From an uncultured bacterium (lineage in GTDB: Bacteria; Krumholzibacteriota; Krumholzibacteriia; Krumholzibacteriales; Krumholzibacteriaceae), in assembly GCA_963813815.1 (NCBI GenBank), contig CAWFAD010000012.1, positions 64,001 to 128,000 on the forward strand: a DNA stretch of 64,000 bases, read 5' to 3'. Within the stretch, counting starts at the first letter, position 1, and the number at the start of each line of letters is the position of its first letter. The notes under the pieces were generated by a model. It was not told the origin of the DNA. It ran no database searches and worked only from the letters and a program-made list of their open reading frames with translations. The position numbers and the translations under genes are program-made. Shown piece after piece: positions 10,581 through 19,558 of this stretch.

Positions 10581-13500
10581 ATGCCGAAAAAGAGCGCATT
10601 ACGCCTTCCGCTCGCGGCCGCGATCCGGCCCTGCGCCGCCGTCGCCGCTCTGGCCATCGCCGCCGCGCCGGGGCCGCTTTTCGCCGTGGGCCACGCGCGG
10701 GATATCCGTTTCACGCAGATCTCCATCGAACAGGGGCTCTCGCAGAGCATCGTCGAGTGCATCATCCAGGACCGGCGCGGATTCATATGGATGGCCACCG
10801 AGGACGGGCTCAACAAGTTCGACGGGTACGATTTCACGATTCTCCGCCACGATCCCGACGATCCGAACAGCCTCGTCTACAACCAGCTCCTCTCCCTCTG
10901 CGAGGACCGCGACGGCCGCATATGGATCGGAACGTTCCAGGGCGGCCTCAACCGCTACGATCCCGCGACGAGGCGCTTTACCCTCTACACGCACGCGATC
11001 GGCGATTCCACGAGCATCAGCCACAATTCGATAAACGCGATCGTCGATACGAAGGCCGGGGACCTCTGGATCGGCACCGATAACGGGCTCAACCGCTACG
11101 AGCGCCGAACGGATTCCTTCACCCGCTTTTACGGCGACTCGACCGGCGAGAACGGACCCGGCCACAGCGGAATCCGCTGCATCCTCGAGGATCGCGGCGG
11201 CGGGGTCTGGATCGGCACGAACGGCGGCGGCCTCAGCCGTTACGACCCGGCGAGCGGCCGATGGAGGCGCTACGCGCACGATCCCGGCGATCCCGGAAGC
11301 CTCAGCCACAACACGGTGCGCGCGATCCGCGAGGACCATGAGGGCGCGCTCTGGGTCGGCACCGTCGGCGGCGGACTCAACCGGCTCGACCGCCGGACGG
11401 ATCGCTTCACCCGCTACCGGCACGACCAGGACGATCCGAAGAGTCTCGCTCACGATCAGGTGTTCGATATCCTCGAGGACCGCACAGGCGCCCTTTGGAT
11501 CGGCACCAACGGCGGAGGGCTCGACCTCTTCGATCGCGAGACCGGCGGTTTCATTCACTATCGGAACGATCCGAACGATCCGAACAGCTTGAGCTTCGAC
11601 GAGATTCACGACATCTTCGAGGATCGATCGGGGATTCTGTGGCTCGGCACCTACGGGGGCGGGGCGAACAAGTTCGACACGAAGCGAAAGAGCTTCGTTC
11701 TCTACCGCCCGAATCCGGCGGATCCGGCGAGCGGGCTCAGCGCCGAGATCGTGTGGTCGATCAGCGAGGACGAGCGGGGAATCCTGTGGATCGGCACGCA
11801 CGGAGGCGGGCTCAACCGCCTCGACCGCGCAACCGGGCGCTACCGGCACTACCGCCACGATCCGGGCGATCCAACGAGCCTGAGCTCCGACATTGTGCGG
11901 ATCGTGTACCGGGACCGTTCCGGAGCCTTCTGGATCGGCACGCACGGAGGCGGCCTCTGCAGGTTCGACCGCTCGAGCGGCCGCTTCACCGCCTATCGTC
12001 ACGACCCATCCGATCCGTCGAGCCTGAGCCATGACGAGATCAGATCGATATACGAGGATCGGCAGGGCGCGCTCTGGCTCGGCACGAACGGCGGCGGTCT
12101 CAACCGCATGGACCGCGCGACCGGCGTTTTCCGCCGCTACCGGTCCGATCCCAATGATTCAACGAGCCTCAGCAACGATTTCGTGCGCGCGATCTACGAG
12201 GACGACTCGGGGGGCTTCTGGATCGGCACGCAGGGGGGAGGGCTCAACCGCCTCGACCGCTCGACGGGCGTATTCACGCCGTTCCGGGCGAACCGGCTCG
12301 ACGCGGGCGGCATCAGCAACGATTACATCTTCTCCATCTTCGAGGATTCGCGGCGAGGTATGTGGATCGCCACCTGGGGCGGCGGGTTCAACAGGTTCGA
12401 CCGGCAGACGGGGACCTTCAGGCACTATACGATGAAGGACGGCCTCCCCAACAACTCCGTCTACGGCATGCTCGAGGACGAGGACGGCAACCTCTGGCTC
12501 AGCACGAACCGCGGGATATCGAGATTCGACCCACGGACGGAAACCTTCAAGAACTACACCGACGAGGACGGGCTCCAGAGCAACGAGTTCAACGGAGGGG
12601 CGTTCTTCAAGAGCCCCGCCGGGGAGATGTTCTTCGGCGGGATCCACGGCTTCAACTCTTTCTTTCCGGGGGACATCAGGGACAATTCCTTCATCCCTCC
12701 CGTCATCATCACCTCGCTCTCGGTGCTGAACCGGCCGGCGGAGCTCGACACGCCGATCACGGATATTCATACGCTCCGGCTCTCGTATCGCGATTACCTT
12801 TTTTCGTTCGAGTTCGCCGCGCTCGATTTCACGGCGCCGGACAAGAATCAATACGCCTACCTGATGGAGGGCCTCGATCGCGATTGGATAGCGACCCCCG
12901 CGGGAAGGCGCCACGCGAGCTACACGACCCTGCCCCCGGCCGCTACGTCTTCAAGGTGAAGGGCTCGAACAACGACGGCGTATGGAACGAGACGCCCGCG
13001 ACGATATCGATCGTCATCACGCCTCCCTACTGGCGAACGCTCTGGTTTCGAAAAATGATATACTTTTTTTGCTGAAAGGCTGGCGCCGTTGTACCTGTAC
13101 CTTCGGTACCATGTCGAATGTGGCATGCTGTTGGCCGGTTACAGTGCTTCAAATTCAATGATGATTCATACCACGATCATCAGACATGACCGCGCTGCAT
13201 AGCCTAGCCACACGTGGTCTGCAGCGGCGTAAGGTCACGCGAATCAAAAGCACAAAAAATGTGCAACTTTTAGCATCCAGAGGTTTGGATATTTCCACAG
13301 TACATAATTGAGGGGATCATCTTCATGCACCACTCTTGGCAGCCGCAAGGTCATCCCGGGTGGTATCACGCTGCAGTGTGGTACTTATATGATATTACTT
13401 TTTTTTGGCTGAAAGGCTGGCGCCGTTGTACCCCTGTACCCTTTCAGGTACCATGTCCGAATGTGGCATGCTGTTGGCCCGGTTAACCAGTGCTTCAAAT

Positions 13501-14535
13501 TCAATGATGATTCATACCACGATCATCAGACATGACCGCGCTGCATAGCCTAGCCACACGTGGTGCTGCAGCGGCGTAAGGTCACGCGAATCAACTGCAC
13601 AAAAAATGTGCAACTTTTGCAGCACCAGAGGTTTGGATATTTGAGTATAATTAATATTAGAATTAGATATTTTATATTTATATTTATAATTATATTTATC
13701 TATTTAATATATTTTTTTTTTTTATACCTCGCCGCCGGCTTCATGGTCGCCGGGGTCGCGACCGTCTTTTACCGTCGCCGGCTCACCGGCGTCCGGCTCG
13801 CCGCCGAGCTCAGGGCGGCGCACAAGGCGCAGATGTCGATCATGCCCCAGTCGGATCCGGCGATCGAGGGGTTCGAAATCTCCGGAACCTGCATCCCCGC
13901 CTACGAGGTCGGAGGCGATTTCTACGATTACTTCTGGCTCGGGAAGGATCGCCGCCGCTTCGGCATCGCCGTCGGCGACGTCGCGGGGAAGGCCATGAAC
14001 GCCGCGATGATATCGGTCATGTCGAGCGGCATGCTCTCCTCGAAGGTCGATAACGCCGTTTCGGTCGCCGGCCTCATGCGCGACCTCAACGGGCCGCTCT
14101 TCAACAAGACCGACGATTACGTGTTCACGGCGCTCTGTCTTCTCTCGCTCGACGCCGGAGCGAAATCTGGCGTCTTACAGCGTCGCCGGATTCAACAACC
14201 CCATTCTCAAATCCCGCGCGGGCGTGCGTTCGCTCCCCGGACGGGGACCGCAGTTCCCCCTCGGGAGCCTCGAGAACATCGCCTACGAGGAGACGGCCCT
14301 GCGGCTCGAACGTGGAGACGTTCTCCTTGTGTTTTCGGACGGACTCATCGAGGAGCGGAACAAGGCGGGCGAATTCTTCGGCCTCGAGCGCCTGCGCGCG
14401 CTTCTCGAGACCCTCGACACGGCGGGCATGACGGCGCGCGGGATCAAGGAGTCGATCGTCTCGGAGGTGCTCGCCTTCGCCGGAAAGCGGCGCCATGACG
14501 ACGACATCACGCTCGTCGTCGTGAAGGCCGCCTAA
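10581..14535 (+). pseudogene. Membrane sensor phosphatase: periplasmic beta-propeller (Reg_prop repeats) + Y_Y_Y + TM + PP2C/SpoIIE; interrupted as assembled
   Basis: About 14 repeats of the form SLSHxxVxxIxEDxxGxLWIGTxGGGLNRxD. The Y_Y_Y domain continues in another frame near 12935 (PGRYVFKVKGSNNDGVWN). The TM segment is split by an insert at about 13051-13725. The PP2C motifs VGGDFYD, GDVAGK, FSDGLIE and HDDDITL follow, with a frameshift near 14165. Confidence 0.8.
13055..13642. repeat. Two imperfect direct copies of about 240-250 bp (13055-13294 and 13389-13642) inside a low-GC insert
   Basis: Both copies run atgata(t)tactttttt..gctgaaaggctggcgccgttgtac ... cagaggtttggatattt and differ mostly by small indels. 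An A/T low-complexity tract follows at 13643-13725. Confidence 0.9.
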
Positions 14536-15299
14536 GACGCTTTCTTGATCGCGCGGACGATGACGCTTTCGGCGGGGCTCCGCGGAGCCCCCTGAAACGG
14601 ATACGGAACCTCTTCGATCACCCGGACATCCTCGAATCCCGCCCCGCGGATGAGCGCGAGATAATCGTTCTTGAGCGACGCGTTCGCGATGCAGCCGACG
14701 AGAAGCTCTTCGGATTCGCGCAGCTCCTCCGGCAGTGGCTCGAGAAGAACGATATCGGAGACGACGAGACGTCCGCCGGGCCGGAGCACCCGCAGCGCTT
14801 CGTCGAAAACCCGCGCCTTGTCCGGCGAAAGATTCACGACGCAGTTCGAGATGACGATATCGACCGAGGCGTCCGCCGCGGGCAGGTTCTCGATCTCCCC
14901 GAGCCTGAACTCGACGTTGTCGAGGCGGCCGTCCGACGCCGCGCGACGGGCCCGGTCGATCATTTCGGGTGTCATATCGACGCCGATGACGCGGCCCGAC
15001 GGACCCACCGCCTTCGCGGCTATGAAGCAGTCGAGCCCCGGCCCCGAGCCGAGGTCGAGGACGGTCTCCCCCTTCCGTGGCTTCGCGTGCGCGATCGGGT
15101 TGCCGCAGGAGAGACCGGCGATGGGGACTCCGGGCGCGCCCGCGAGATCCCCCGCCGCGTACCCCATCCCCTCGAAGAACGACTCCGCCGACTCGTTCCC
15201 TCCGCAGCACGAGCTACCGCCCGGCCTGCACGAGCAGGAGGTGCGGGCTATTTTCGCGTACCCTTCCCGAACCGTCTTTCTCATCCGATCCTTTTCCAT
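14532..15299 (-). CDS. arsM: Arsenite S-adenosylmethyltransferase
   Basis: Cys-rich N-terminus (CSC...SSCC), GLSCGNP, VLDLGSGPGLDCF, ISNCVVNLSPDK and VGCIANA motifs. Confidence 0.85.
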   Translation of the reverse strand: MEKDRMRKTVREGYAKIARTSCSCRPGGSSCCGGNESAESFFEGMGYAAGDLAGAPGVPIAGLSCGNPIAHAKPRKGETVLDLGSGPGLDCFIAAKAVGPSGRVIGVDMTPEMIDRARRAASDGRLDNVEFRLGEIENLPAADASVDIVISNCVVNLSPDKARVFDEALRVLRPGGRLVVSDIVLLEPLPEELRESEELLVGCIANASLKNDYLALIRGAGFEDVRVIEEVPYPFQGAPRSPAESVIVRAIKKAS

Positions 15300-15339
15300 A
15301 GCGCCTCCTTGACGCCCCGCCGTGCGGCGCGCCGCCCGA

Positions 15340-15720
15340 CTATGCGCCGCAACCGTGACCGTGTCCGTGGTGCCCGCACGAGTTGTCCGCGGTGAGCTCC
15401 TCGAGCGCTCCCCTCTTCAACGCCTCGACGTTGTCGCGGACCGTGCCGGGCATCGAGCGGTACACGCGAATCCCCGCGTCGTTCAGCCGCTCGACCGCCC
15501 GCGCGCCGATCCCGCCAACGATGATCGCTTCGACATTCGCGCCTTCGAGCCCCTGCAGCGGCCGGCACGCGCCGTGGGCGTGGTGCTGGTCGCCGTTATC
15601 GACGACGCGCGACTCGCCGGAATCTCCGTCGACGATCAGGAACCGCTCGGCCGAGCCGAAATGCCCGTAGGGCTCCCCTTCCATGCCGCGCACGTCGTTC
15701 ACCGGAATGCAGATCCGCAT
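15340..15720 (-). CDS. NifB/NifX-family (FeMo-cofactor-binding-like) small metal-cluster protein
   Basis: MRICIPV...HFGSAERF...HAHGAC...GGIGARA motifs and a His/Cys tail CGHHGHGHGC. Confidence 0.8.
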   Translation of the reverse strand: MRICIPVNDVRGMEGEPYGHFGSAERFLIVDGDSGESRVVDNGDQHHAHGACRPLQGLEGANVEAIIVGGIGARAVERLNDAGIRVYRSMPGTVRDNVEALKRGALEELTADNSCGHHGHGHGCGA

Positions 15721-15730
15721 CGTGTTTCTC

Positions 15731-16072
15731 CTATTCGTTTTTGCCGAGGTCCAGCATTTCCTTCATCATGGGGCCGAGCATCGCTCGCACGCCGCCGGCG
15801 AGGCTCTCGGCCTTGACGAGCGTGAGGCAGCACGTCTTTCCGCGCCCCCCGCGCCCACCGTGCCCGCCGTGGAAGATGATGGCGAGCTTTTCCCCCGCGC
15901 CGATTCCGGCGCGCTCCCGCACGTCCTTCGGCAGGACGACTTGGCCGCGCTCGTCGACCGACACGACGGCCTCTATCCGGCAGCAGCCCCCGAGGGCTCC
16001 CCGGCCACCCCCGCGCATCCCTCTCTGCCCGCAGCAGCCGTCCCCGCCGATTCCAGATCGCTTTCCGCTCAC
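15731..16072 (-). CDS. AbrB/MazE/SpoVT-type DNA-binding protein with CC pairs (resembles HgcAB-associated HgcC)
   Basis: CCRIEAVVSVDERGQVVLPKDVRERAGIGAGEKL...CCLTLVKA. GTG start at 16072 with GGAGG upstream. Confidence 0.75.
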   Translation of the reverse strand: MSGKRSGIGGDGCCGQRGMRGGGRGALGGCCRIEAVVSVDERGQVVLPKDVRERAGIGAGEKLAIIFHGGHGGRGGRGKTCCLTLVKAESLAGGVRAMLGPMMKEMLDLGKNE

Positions 16073-16116
16073 GTAGCCTCCTTCATGTTCGGCGCACACG
16101 GACGCCATAAACGCAC

Positions 16117-16152
16117 AATATTCAGAATATTATGATTTATCTGATTTGTCAA
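16117..16152 (-). promoter_or_regulatory. Sigma70-type promoter (TTGACA-17-TATTCT) overlapped by the palindrome AATATTC-A-GAATATT
   Basis: tgtcaa at 16147-16152, agaata at 16124-16129, and a perfect inverted repeat at 16117-16131. Confidence 0.6.
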
Positions 16153-16420
16153 TGGTCAATGATTGAGCGTTATCCCTCGCCGCGGGAATCATAACGCGGA
16201 TGCGCGGCTCCGCCGTAGCTCTCTCAAAGGCATGGCATTCGACGCAATTATTCCATCAATAGATATTTATGATGACTTTAACTCTAGCTTATGCTACCCT
16301 AGCTGTGACTGGGGGATTCTTAATTCATTTCTAAATGGGTCTAGCCGTATTGAGGGAACTCTTTCCGAAACCTCAATCCGCCTTCCGCGGGTTGAGTGGT
16401 TATCCAAGGGGGGATCGTTG

Positions 16421-19400
16421 ATGAAAAAGGTGTTAGCCCTCGTGATCGGCGTCGGCCTCATTGCCCTGCTCATCGGCTCGGTCGCAGCCCGCGAAATTGC
16501 GAATCCCGGCAAGCGTCCCGTGAGAGATTGGTCGAGCGATGAGTCGCTCGATCTCGTCGATCCGGGTCTGCGCGGCCTCTACGAGACCGCCGCCGCGGAT
16601 ACGTACTGCATGGTCTGGTACACCTTTGAGACCAACAACTGGATGGGTTGGACCCCGATCGACAACACGGCTCAGGTGGATACGTTTTTCCACGTGGACG
16701 ACTTCGCCGGCCTCGGCACCTCCTGGACTCCGCTCGAGGGCTTGAAGTCGATGTGGTGCGGAGCCGAAGAGGACCTTGATGATCCGTACATGTGCTCGTG
16801 GGAGTACGCCCCTGGCTACGGCAACTACTGGAACCAGATGCTGACGAGCGATCCGTTCGCCTTCCAAGGCACGATCAGCTTCACGTATACGATCAGGTGG
16901 GATTCGGAGCCCGGATACGATTACACTCGGATCGAGTACGACGCTGGCGGCGGCAGCTGGGTGGAGCTTGCTGAGTTCGACGACCTCGGCGACAGCACGG
17001 GAACCGTTCTCGTGTACACGACGCAGGCTCGGACGAAGCTTCGCTTCCACTTCACGGCCGACGGCGCCTGGAGCGATCAGGACGGCCTGTGGAACACGAA
17101 CGGCGCGTGCGTCGTCGACGCTCTGCGCATTCAGGACGCCGCGACGCTCAACCTGTACGAGAACTTCGAGACCGCGGCCGTCGACGCGAAAGACGCGGGG
17201 ATCTGGCACGCGCGTCCGGAGACTCCATACGGCAGCTTCGCCGGCCTGTACACCGGCCTGACCGACAAGGATCCGTGCGGCGACAACTTCGGCACGCAGG
17301 TCGTGTTCTTCGTCGGGTCGAGCGAGATCAGCACGAGCTACCCGGGTCTCTTCGACACTCCGTTCTGCACGGGCCCCGGCGGCACCAGCGCACCGTGCCA
17401 GGATGAGGGCATCGTGTCTCCGATCATCGACATGACGATGTACTCGACGCTCTGCAACAACGTTCAGGACGGCACCATCCCGTCTACCGATCTGAACCTG
17501 CTCGGAGGCGCCATTCTCCGGTTCACCTCGTACCGCGATCTGCCGCTCTCGAACCTCGTGTTCTACACGTGGTCCGTCCGGTCGATCATCGACGGGTGCC
17601 CCGGCCAGTGGGTGGACGATAACTTCGTTTACTACGGCGCCGACATGGATTACATCTATGGAGGAGCCGGCGACGTGAGCAAGTTCATCGGCGGCAACGA
17701 TCCGGTGCAGATCAGAATCGGTTGCACGGACATGTGCGACGCCTGGTACAACACGTACGGCAACTGCGCGGCGCACACTCCGTCGCCCTGGGTCGACAAC
17801 GTGCGCCTGTACCGGTACAAAACCGCCGGTCCGCAGTGGGGATCGCGCGACCTGGATTTCTTCCAGGACAACTTCCCCGAGGCTGAGTACAACATCGAGA
17901 GCTACGTCCGCTGCGACGCGGCGAACGACATCTTCGCGGGCGACAACCCGGTCATCCATCCGGGCGACTCGCTCGTGGTCGATTGCACGTCGATTATCGC
18001 GGACGGGCTCAAAGAGGACAACACCTTCGGCGGCGCCTCCGTGTACATCAACGTGAGAGCCAGCTACATCGGCCCCGCGCCGACGAAACCGGCTCTCAGC
18101 GGCGCCGCGCTCGCCGGATCGGTTCTCGTCAACGACGATCCGGAGACGTACGTGAACTTCAACTACGTGAGCACGAGCGGTGCCTGGACGAAGATTCAGT
18201 GCGACACCGCCCGGACGGGCGCCGGCATCGTCGACGGCAAGTACATGGTCGACCTCAACGACGAGCTCTTCACCCGCGGCTACAAGATCGACTACTACTT
18301 CACGGCCACGGACAAGAAGAACGTCACTTCGGCGTACCCGCGCTACTCGCGCTCGGGCCCGCCGTACTTCGAGTGGACCTGTCTCCCGACGCTCAACACC
18401 GACGTGCTCTTCGTAGATGACGGCTACGTCGAGCTGTACTGGCTGCCGGTCTTCGACGCCGTGCTGGCTCTGCCGGACGCCAAGATCGACATCTACGACG
18501 TGAACGCCCCGAGCTCGGGCGTCTCCAACGGTCCGGGAAGCCGTGCGAAGAACTACCAGCTGAGAAGCACGTACGAGACGATCGTGTGGGATTGCGGCGC
18601 CTACGAGTCCGTGACGATCAGCGAGGGCACGGCCCACAGCGACAAGTCGAACGACTGCCAGATGCTCGTCGACTGGATGAGCCTCTCGGAGCACCAGTGC
18701 GGCCTCTGGGTCTGCGGCGACGACATCGCCTTCGACCTGGACGGCGCGGCCGGCGGCTCCGCGCTTCTCCTCATGAGCTCCTGGTGCGGCGTTGACTACG
18801 TCGCGACGAGCTACTTCGAAGAGACGGGCGGCCGGTTGAGCGGCGGCGTCGTGACGCCGCTTCTCACGGGCAACACCGACTCGGGCATCTTCGTTCACAG
18901 CGGCGTGCCCGACAAGCTGTACGCCTCCGGCGCCTGCTTCATCATCAACCAGTTCGACTGCCTCGAGAAGACGGCCGGCGGCAAGTACGCTCTGAGCTAC
19001 CCTGCGTATCTCGGAACGAACTACTACGGCGCCATCTCGAAGGCGACCACGAACACGAGCGGGTTCCCGGTCCGCACCATGTGGTTCGGATTCAGCTACG
19101 CGTTTGTTCGTGACGACGTCAACACGGCTCCGATGGACAAGTTCGAGATCGCGAACGACGTTCTCGTCTGGATGCAGAACGAGACGAACCTCGTGATTTC
19201 GGGCAACGAGACTCCGTCGGCCTACGCGCTCGCGCAGAACTTCCCGAACCCCTTCAACCCGTCGACGACCATCCGGATCGACATGCGGGAGAAGGGCTTT
19301 GTGACGTTGAAGATCTACAACGTCGCCGGGCAGCTCGTGCGCACGCTCGTTGACGGCGTGAAGGATGCGGGTTCCTACAACATCGCCTGGGACGGCATGA

Positions 19401-19495
19401 ACGACCGTGGCGGCGCTGTGGCGAGCGGCATCTACTTCTACAAGATGGAGACCAAGGACTTCAGCCAGACGAAGAAGATGGTCATGCTGCGGTAG
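16421..19495 (+). CDS. Large secreted protein (1024 aa) with a C-terminal FlgD-Ig / T9SS type-A sorting-like domain
   Basis: Signal peptide MKKVLALVIGVGLIALLIGSVAA. The C-terminus reads LAQNFPNPFNPSTTI...IYNVAGQLVRTL...WDG...ASGIYFYKM...KKMVMLR. Confidence 0.85.
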   Translation: MKKVLALVIGVGLIALLIGSVAAREIANPGKRPVRDWSSDESLDLVDPGLRGLYETAAADTYCMVWYTFETNNWMGWTPIDNTAQVDTFFHVDDFAGLGTSWTPLEGLKSMWCGAEEDLDDPYMCSWEYAPGYGNYWNQMLTSDPFAFQGTISFTYTIRWDSEPGYDYTRIEYDAGGGSWVELAEFDDLGDSTGTVLVYTTQARTKLRFHFTADGAWSDQDGLWNTNGACVVDALRIQDAATLNLYENFETAAVDAKDAGIWHARPETPYGSFAGLYTGLTDKDPCGDNFGTQVVFFVGSSEISTSYPGLFDTPFCTGPGGTSAPCQDEGIVSPIIDMTMYSTLCNNVQDGTIPSTDLNLLGGAILRFTSYRDLPLSNLVFYTWSVRSIIDGCPGQWVDDNFVYYGADMDYIYGGAGDVSKFIGGNDPVQIRIGCTDMCDAWYNTYGNCAAHTPSPWVDNVRLYRYKTAGPQWGSRDLDFFQDNFPEAEYNIESYVRCDAANDIFAGDNPVIHPGDSLVVDCTSIIADGLKEDNTFGGASVYINVRASYIGPAPTKPALSGAALAGSVLVNDDPETYVNFNYVSTSGAWTKIQCDTARTGAGIVDGKYMVDLNDELFTRGYKIDYYFTATDKKNVTSAYPRYSRSGPPYFEWTCLPTLNTDVLFVDDGYVELYWLPVFDAVLALPDAKIDIYDVNAPSSGVSNGPGSRAKNYQLRSTYETIVWDCGAYESVTISEGTAHSDKSNDCQMLVDWMSLSEHQCGLWVCGDDIAFDLDGAAGGSALLLMSSWCGVDYVATSYFEETGGRLSGGVVTPLLTGNTDSGIFVHSGVPDKLYASGACFIINQFDCLEKTAGGKYALSYPAYLGTNYYGAISKATTNTSGFPVRTMWFGFSYAFVRDDVNTAPMDKFEIANDVLVWMQNETNLVISGNETPSAYALAQNFPNPFNPSTTIRIDMREKGFVTLKIYNVAGQLVRTLVDGVKDAGSYNIAWDGMNDRGGAVASGIYFYKMETKDFSQTKKMVMLR

Positions 19496-19521
19496 CGGCA
19501 GACTCCGGCCATCGATACGCA

Positions 19522-19558
19522 TGAAAACGGCAGCCCATTCACTGGGCTGCCGTTTTCA
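19522..19558. terminator. Bidirectional terminator hairpin between convergent genes
   Basis: 16-bp stem tgaaaacggcagccca/tgggctgccgttttca with a 5-nt loop; it overlaps the kinase stop codon. Confidence 0.75.

Noticed and set aside
13055..13642. CRISPR array or IS element in the low-GC insert
   Set aside because: There are only two long copies, with no short repeat-spacer periodicity, cas genes, transposase, terminal inverted repeats or target-site duplication.
13560..13725. Hydrophobic F/I/Y-rich N-terminus of ORF 13560-14498 as a real TM segment
   Set aside because: It is just the translation of the A/T low-complexity tract in the insert.
15340..15720. Nitrogen fixation inferred from the NifX-like gene
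   Set aside because: No nifHDK is present, and this family is widespread outside diazotrophs.
16433..19522. 1029-aa antisense ORF, plus many other long shadow ORFs (e.g. 233-2020, 3337-5307, 29105-31939, 40612-44037, 56732-59023)
   Set aside because: They overlap well-supported genes, have Arg/Ala/Gly-rich motif-free translations, and are expected from high GC3 codon bias.
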